A DNA stretch of 64,000 nt from Alphaproteobacteria bacterium. GTDB lineage: Bacteria; Pseudomonadota; Alphaproteobacteria; Bin95. The notes beneath the pieces are model-generated. The model saw nothing but the letters and a program-made list of their open reading frames with translations. It was not told the DNA's origin and did not search any database. This document shows positions 59,763 to 64,000 of this stretch, one piece after another. The stretch covers positions 2,304,001-2,368,000 of the forward strand of contig OZ224045.1 in the NCBI GenBank assembly GCA_963665325.3. The letters run 5' to 3'. A program made the translations under genes and the position numbers. Positions within the stretch are counted from its first letter, which is position 1. The number at the start of each line of letters is the position of its first letter.

Positions 59763-60515
59763 TCAGCGCCGGAGCCGCTCGGCGGCGGCGCGCAAGCGGC
59801 GTTGCGCGTCGTCGCCGTGCCAGATTTCGACCTGCCGTGCGACGCGGGCCGACATCTGGTCCCTGAGGTCGGCGCAGAACTTTCCGAGCCGCATCCGCTT
59901 CGATTCGGCAAACGCGGCGGGCGCGAGGTCGCACAGGGAGAGCAGCTTCTCCCACGCCATGTCTTCGATATCCTCCTTCAGCCCCGTCTCGTGGACGATG
60001 CCGAGGGCGCGCCCTTCCTCGGCGTGGATGAGCTTGCCGGTATAGATCAGGTCGGAGGCGGCGAAGTCTCCCGCGACGAACCGCAATAGCTGGTCGCCGA
60101 AGTAGGGATTGGGCACGCCCAGCAATATCTCCGGCTTGCCGATGAGGGTGCGTCCGGTCGCGGCATAGCGGTAGTCGCAGGCGAGGAACAGGGCCAGCCC
60201 GGCGCCGACGGCATGGCCCTTTATCGCCCCCACGACCGGCACGGGCGATTCCAGCAGGGCCATGATGAGCCGCCCCAGTTCGAGAAACATCTCCCGCATC
60301 GCGTCGCGCGGCTGCCCTAACCCCCAGTCCAGATCGAAGCCGTTGGAGAAGAACTTTTCGCCACCGCAAAGCATTGCACCGCGCAGGGCGCGGCCGGACT
60401 CCTCGACTGCGTTTGCGAGGTCGTGGATGACCGGAGTCGTCAGGGTGTTGGCGTCGCCGGCGGCGAGTCGAATCCGCACGCAGCCGTCCCGGCGGTCACA
60501 GGAAATGTCGGGCAT
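59763..60515 (-). CDS. Enoyl-CoA hydratase/isomerase family protein
   Basis: FSNGFDL, GHAVGAG..L.LACDYR, PEILLG. Confidence 0.88.
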   Translation of the reverse strand: MPDISCDRRDGCVRIRLAAGDANTLTTPVIHDLANAVEESGRALRGAMLCGGEKFFSNGFDLDWGLGQPRDAMREMFLELGRLIMALLESPVPVVGAIKGHAVGAGLALFLACDYRYAATGRTLIGKPEILLGVPNPYFGDQLLRFVAGDFAASDLIYTGKLIHAEEGRALGIVHETGLKEDIEDMAWEKLLSLCDLAPAAFAESKRMRLGKFCADLRDQMSARVARQVEIWHGDDAQRRLRAAAERLRR

Positions 60516-60539
60516 GGCAGGTCTCCCGCCGGGTCCGCC

Positions 60540-61835
60540 CTAATGCATCCAAGCCGGGACCCCGCCGGGCTTCTGGGCGGCGCGTTCGGCCACCAGCGCC
60601 CGAAGTTCGCGGTCTCGCCCGGCCTGCTTGGCGGCGGCGATCAGGAGCTGCATGAAGACATCGCGCTGGGCGTGGCTGCCGCCCAGGCGGAACAGTTCGT
60701 AGCGGACCGGCTCCAACAGCTCGAAGCAGCGTTCCGGCTCCCCGGCGCCGAAGGCCGCGATGGCTTCGCAGAGCGGTCGTCCGACATCGTCATATACGGC
60801 GTCGGCCGTCGCCTCTCCGCTGCGCCCGGACATGGCGTCGAGATGCTTCCTCACGCTGTCGTGGTCGCCGGCCATGGCGAGTGTCGCCATGTAATGTGCG
60901 TCGAAGAAGGGGAAGATGCCGTCCGCGAAACGCCCGGCAGCGTGCCCGGCCAGTTCCTCCCAGCGCCCGCCAGCATCGACGCCCCGGAAATGCAGCCGGA
61001 GCAGCATCGAGGCCGCATTGGCGATGTCGAGCACATCGTCGCTTGCATTGTCGGCCCTGAAGCGGTTGTCATAGAGGTCGAGCACCGCATCGACCTCGTC
61101 CAGCGCCAGGTGGAACAGCCCCTGGTGCCACCACAGATGGTGGCGGAAATTGTGGACCTTGTTTTCCCAATGGGCCTCGTTTTCGCGGACCCAGGCAATG
61201 CCCTCGGGCGCGCGGTCCTGCATTTCCATGACATGGGTGACGGAGTGGACCGACCACGCATCGGAGGGGTCTATCGTCACCGCCCGGCGGCCGAACTCCT
61301 CGGCCCGCGCATAGTCGCCGACCTCCTCCAGCCCGAAGGCGCGCATGCCCAGCACATAGCCGTAGCCAGGCACGCTCTCGTCCCAGGCCGGCAGCACGCG
61401 CGCGACGCTGTCCCGGTGCTGGGCGAGCGAGCCGTGATAGAAGTGCAGGTAATGCGCGAGGCGAATGGCGAGAATGTCGCGCGGATGGTCCAGAAGGATT
61501 TCCTCGAAACGCCGAACGGCCCCGGCCGTGTCGCCCGCGGCCCAGCGCGAGAGGGCGTCGGCATGGGCGTGTTCGCGCGCCGTAACCGCAAGCCCGCTCG
61601 CCTGCTCGCCGGACTTCGCCGCTCGGGGCCGAAGGGCGCCCACGCCCATCAGCAGGAAGAAATAGCCCCTGAGAGCTTGGGCCATCGGCATTTCGGCGTC
61701 GGCATCGAACGCGGCCTTGAGCAACGGCCCTGCCTCCCGTCCGAAGGCCAGGAAATCGTCCAGCGCCGCATCCAGCGCGGCCGCCGCTTCGTCGCTGGCT
61801 GCGGTCAGTTCCAGACCGCGCTTGTCGTGAGCCAA
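60540..61835 (-). CDS. TTC38-like tetratricopeptide repeat protein
   Basis: GMRAFGLEE, DAWSVH.V.HVMEM, HLWWH, GGSHAQRD. Confidence 0.85.
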   Translation of the reverse strand: MAHDKRGLELTAASDEAAAALDAALDDFLAFGREAGPLLKAAFDADAEMPMAQALRGYFFLLMGVGALRPRAAKSGEQASGLAVTAREHAHADALSRWAAGDTAGAVRRFEEILLDHPRDILAIRLAHYLHFYHGSLAQHRDSVARVLPAWDESVPGYGYVLGMRAFGLEEVGDYARAEEFGRRAVTIDPSDAWSVHSVTHVMEMQDRAPEGIAWVRENEAHWENKVHNFRHHLWWHQGLFHLALDEVDAVLDLYDNRFRADNASDDVLDIANAASMLLRLHFRGVDAGGRWEELAGHAAGRFADGIFPFFDAHYMATLAMAGDHDSVRKHLDAMSGRSGEATADAVYDDVGRPLCEAIAAFGAGEPERCFELLEPVRYELFRLGGSHAQRDVFMQLLIAAAKQAGRDRELRALVAERAAQKPGGVPAWMH

Positions 61836-61984
61836 AGTCAGCCTCCCGGAAGGTCCTTACTAATCGGCGGTCCGAGGGCAGGCTTGCCGTCGATCCGCCC
61901 AGTTGCAACTGAGCGTAGAACGGATTTGAAGGACGCGCCAAGATGGGTTCGGGCCGCTGCGAGGAAACCGGGGAAGAATACAGG

Positions 61985-62887
61985 ATGGAGAAACGCTGGG
62001 AGATACCGGAACCGGCGGATGTGCTCGAAGTCTCGACACGGGACGGAAGCATCGTCCATGTCCGCCGGCATGGCGCCCCGGACGGGCCGCGCCTGCTCGT
62101 GACCCACGGGAACGGTATGGCCGCGGATGCTTATTTCCCGTTCTGGGGCGGGCTGACGGACCGGTTCGAAGTCTTCGTCCACGACCTCCGCAACCACGGG
62201 TGGAACCGGGTGGGGCGTCTCGAAGATCATCGAATCGCCAATTTGATCGATGATGGCGGCAGGGTGGTGGAGGCGATCGAGAGGGAATTCTCGCGCAAGC
62301 CGCTCGTCGGCCTGTTCCATTCCCTGTCGGGATTGCTCGGTCTTCGGCAATCGATCGCGGGAGTCATTCGGTTCGACGCAATCGTGGCGTTCGACCTGCC
62401 GGTCGTGCCGCCGGGGCAATCCCGCGACGATATCGAAGGGGTCGGGACGCACCTGGCGCGGATGGCGCGCAAGCGGCGCAACGGCTATCCATCGTATGAG
62501 AGCTTTGTGCGGCGGCTGGCCAGGATGCCGGTGTTCAACCGGCTGCAGGCGAGAGACCTCGACCTCATCGCTCAAACGACGCTCAAAGGCCGCGCAGAAG
62601 GAGGCGTTGAGCTCAGGTGCCCGCCGGAATACGAAGCGCAGATGTTCGAGGAATACTACTCCTGGTCGAGCGGGACAGAGGCGAGGGACGCGCCCTGCCC
62701 GGTGAAGGCGATCTCGGCGGACCCAACAATTACCGGAACCTACCTTCCGGGAGAGAGGATGGAGGAGCTGGTTCACGTGGACTACGACTTCGTCCCGGAA
62801 ACTTCCCATCTGCACCAGATAGAAGCACCGAACCGGTGCCGCCGGGCGATGCTGGAGTTTCTCGACGAAATCGGTTTTCAGGGATGA
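61985..62887 (+). CDS. Alpha/beta hydrolase fold protein
   Basis: HGNG...DLRNHG...FHSLS. Confidence 0.8.
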   Translation: MEKRWEIPEPADVLEVSTRDGSIVHVRRHGAPDGPRLLVTHGNGMAADAYFPFWGGLTDRFEVFVHDLRNHGWNRVGRLEDHRIANLIDDGGRVVEAIEREFSRKPLVGLFHSLSGLLGLRQSIAGVIRFDAIVAFDLPVVPPGQSRDDIEGVGTHLARMARKRRNGYPSYESFVRRLARMPVFNRLQARDLDLIAQTTLKGRAEGGVELRCPPEYEAQMFEEYYSWSSGTEARDAPCPVKAISADPTITGTYLPGERMEELVHVDYDFVPETSHLHQIEAPNRCRRAMLEFLDEIGFQG

Positions 62888-64000
62888 ACGGCGGTTCCTG
62901 CGGTCCTGGCGAATTCGTGCCCCGAATAGCAGGCCGCCGCGATGAGGCCCGGGGCGAGGCAATCGCCGACCCGCGTCACCGACAGAAGGCCGGCGTCCGG
63001 CCAGTCCTCCTTGCGGGCGGTCAGGTCTTCCCATAGCCGGTCATTCGGCAGGCGTGAGGTGACCGCGATCAGCGTGCCGCAATCGATGTGCCGTGCTTTG
63101 CCGGAATAGAAGCATTCGATCTGAAGCCTGTCGGCCGATAGCCCGGCAAGCCGCTGCAGCGGAACGATCTCGACCCCAAGCTCGATCTGCCGCTTTTGAA
63201 TGCGGTCTTGTTCCAGCGTGTTTTCCGACCACGGAGCGACAATGGGCGCCGGCGTCAGGAAAATTGTCTCGTGCCCGGCTCCCGCCACGAGCTCGGCCAG
63301 AACGCTTGCGATGTAGAACCTGTCGTCATCAAAGACGACAACGGGGCCCGGCGCCATTATCGCCCCGGTCCCGCCGGTCATCAGGTCGTCCGGGGTCAGC
63401 ACCCGCTTGCCGGCCAGGAACGGCAAAGGCGTCCTGTGTTCCCGGCCGACCCCGTCCGCGCGCCAGGACGCGCCGGTTGCCAGAACGACATGGGGAATCC
63501 CGTAGTCGAGGATGTCGGCGGCCGTCAGCTGGCTTTCGAGATACATCCGGACGTTCGGCAATTGTCGAAGCTGACCGAGTCGCCAGTCCCGCACGCGCGT
63601 CCAGGCCGCGAGGCCCGGAAGGCGGCTCTCGCGCGATACGCGGCCTCCCCATTCGGTCCCCGCCTCGGCGAGCGTGACCTCCGCGCCGCGCCGGGCGAGC
63701 GCGAGCCCGGCCTCCAGGCCCGCCGGGCCGCCGCCCACGACCAGATAGGGACCCTTGTCTTCGATCGCAGGGATGATTTCCGGGTGCCAGCCGCGCCGCC
63801 ATTCCTCGCCCATTGCCGGGTTCTGCGTGCAGCGTATCGGGACCCTCGTCCGGTCTCCCGCAACGCAGATATTGCAGCCGATGCATTCCCGGATGTCGTC
63901 GATGCGCCCGTCGCGAATCTTGTTGGGAAGAAACGGATCGGCAATCGAAGGCCGCGCAGCGCCGATGAAATCCAGCATGCCGCTTCCGATGACGCGCGCC
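62878..64000 (-). CDS. NADH:flavin oxidoreductase (trimethylamine/histamine dehydrogenase-like), 5' part outside the window
   Basis: ARPSIADPFLP, CIGCNIC...CTQN 4Fe-4S motif, GGGPAG, GDCLAPG. Confidence 0.88.
   Translation of the reverse strand, partial: ARVIGSGMLDFIGAARPSIADPFLPNKIRDGRIDDIRECIGCNICVAGDRTRVPIRCTQNPAMGEEWRRGWHPEIIPAIEDKGPYLVVGGGPAGLEAGLALARRGAEVTLAEAGTEWGGRVSRESRLPGLAAWTRVRDWRLGQLRQLPNVRMYLESQLTAADILDYGIPHVVLATGASWRADGVGREHRTPLPFLAGKRVLTPDDLMTGGTGAIMAPGPVVVFDDDRFYIASVLAELVAGAGHETIFLTPAPIVAPWSENTLEQDRIQKRQIELGVEIVPLQRLAGLSADRLQIECFYSGKARHIDCGTLIAVTSRLPNDRLWEDLTARKEDWPDAGLLSVTRVGDCLAPGLIAAACYSGHEFARTAGTAVHP

Overview
High-GC alphaproteobacterial DNA (Rhodospirillales-like by gene content) in two parts. 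Positions 1 to ~40.45 kb are a plasmid-like accessory region. It carries a tandem array of very large mosaic surface proteins (SRCR, Calx-beta and cadherin-like modules plus a C-terminal beta-barrel): four large copies (one cut by the window edge, two IS-disrupted, one intact) and barrel remnants. It also holds a dsbA-family gene, two HU genes, toxin-antitoxin modules, an IS21 element, IS6/IS3/IS4/IS66 scraps, an unclassified 4.4-kb four-gene transposon with a 4-bp target duplication, and a repC-parA-parB replicon with a ctRNA-like leader. Inside the array sits a lower-GC, fully translationally coupled operon: ubiquitin-like protein, E2, JAB+E1, DUF6527-like protein and a ClpP-class serine protease, with a divergent RHH regulator. 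Positions ~40.5-64 kb are chromosomal-type housekeeping and catabolic genes (phaZ, serS-pcm-nlpD, ompR/envZ-like, ilvE, pcaF, monooxygenases). All family assignments come from motif recognition by eye; no database searches were run.
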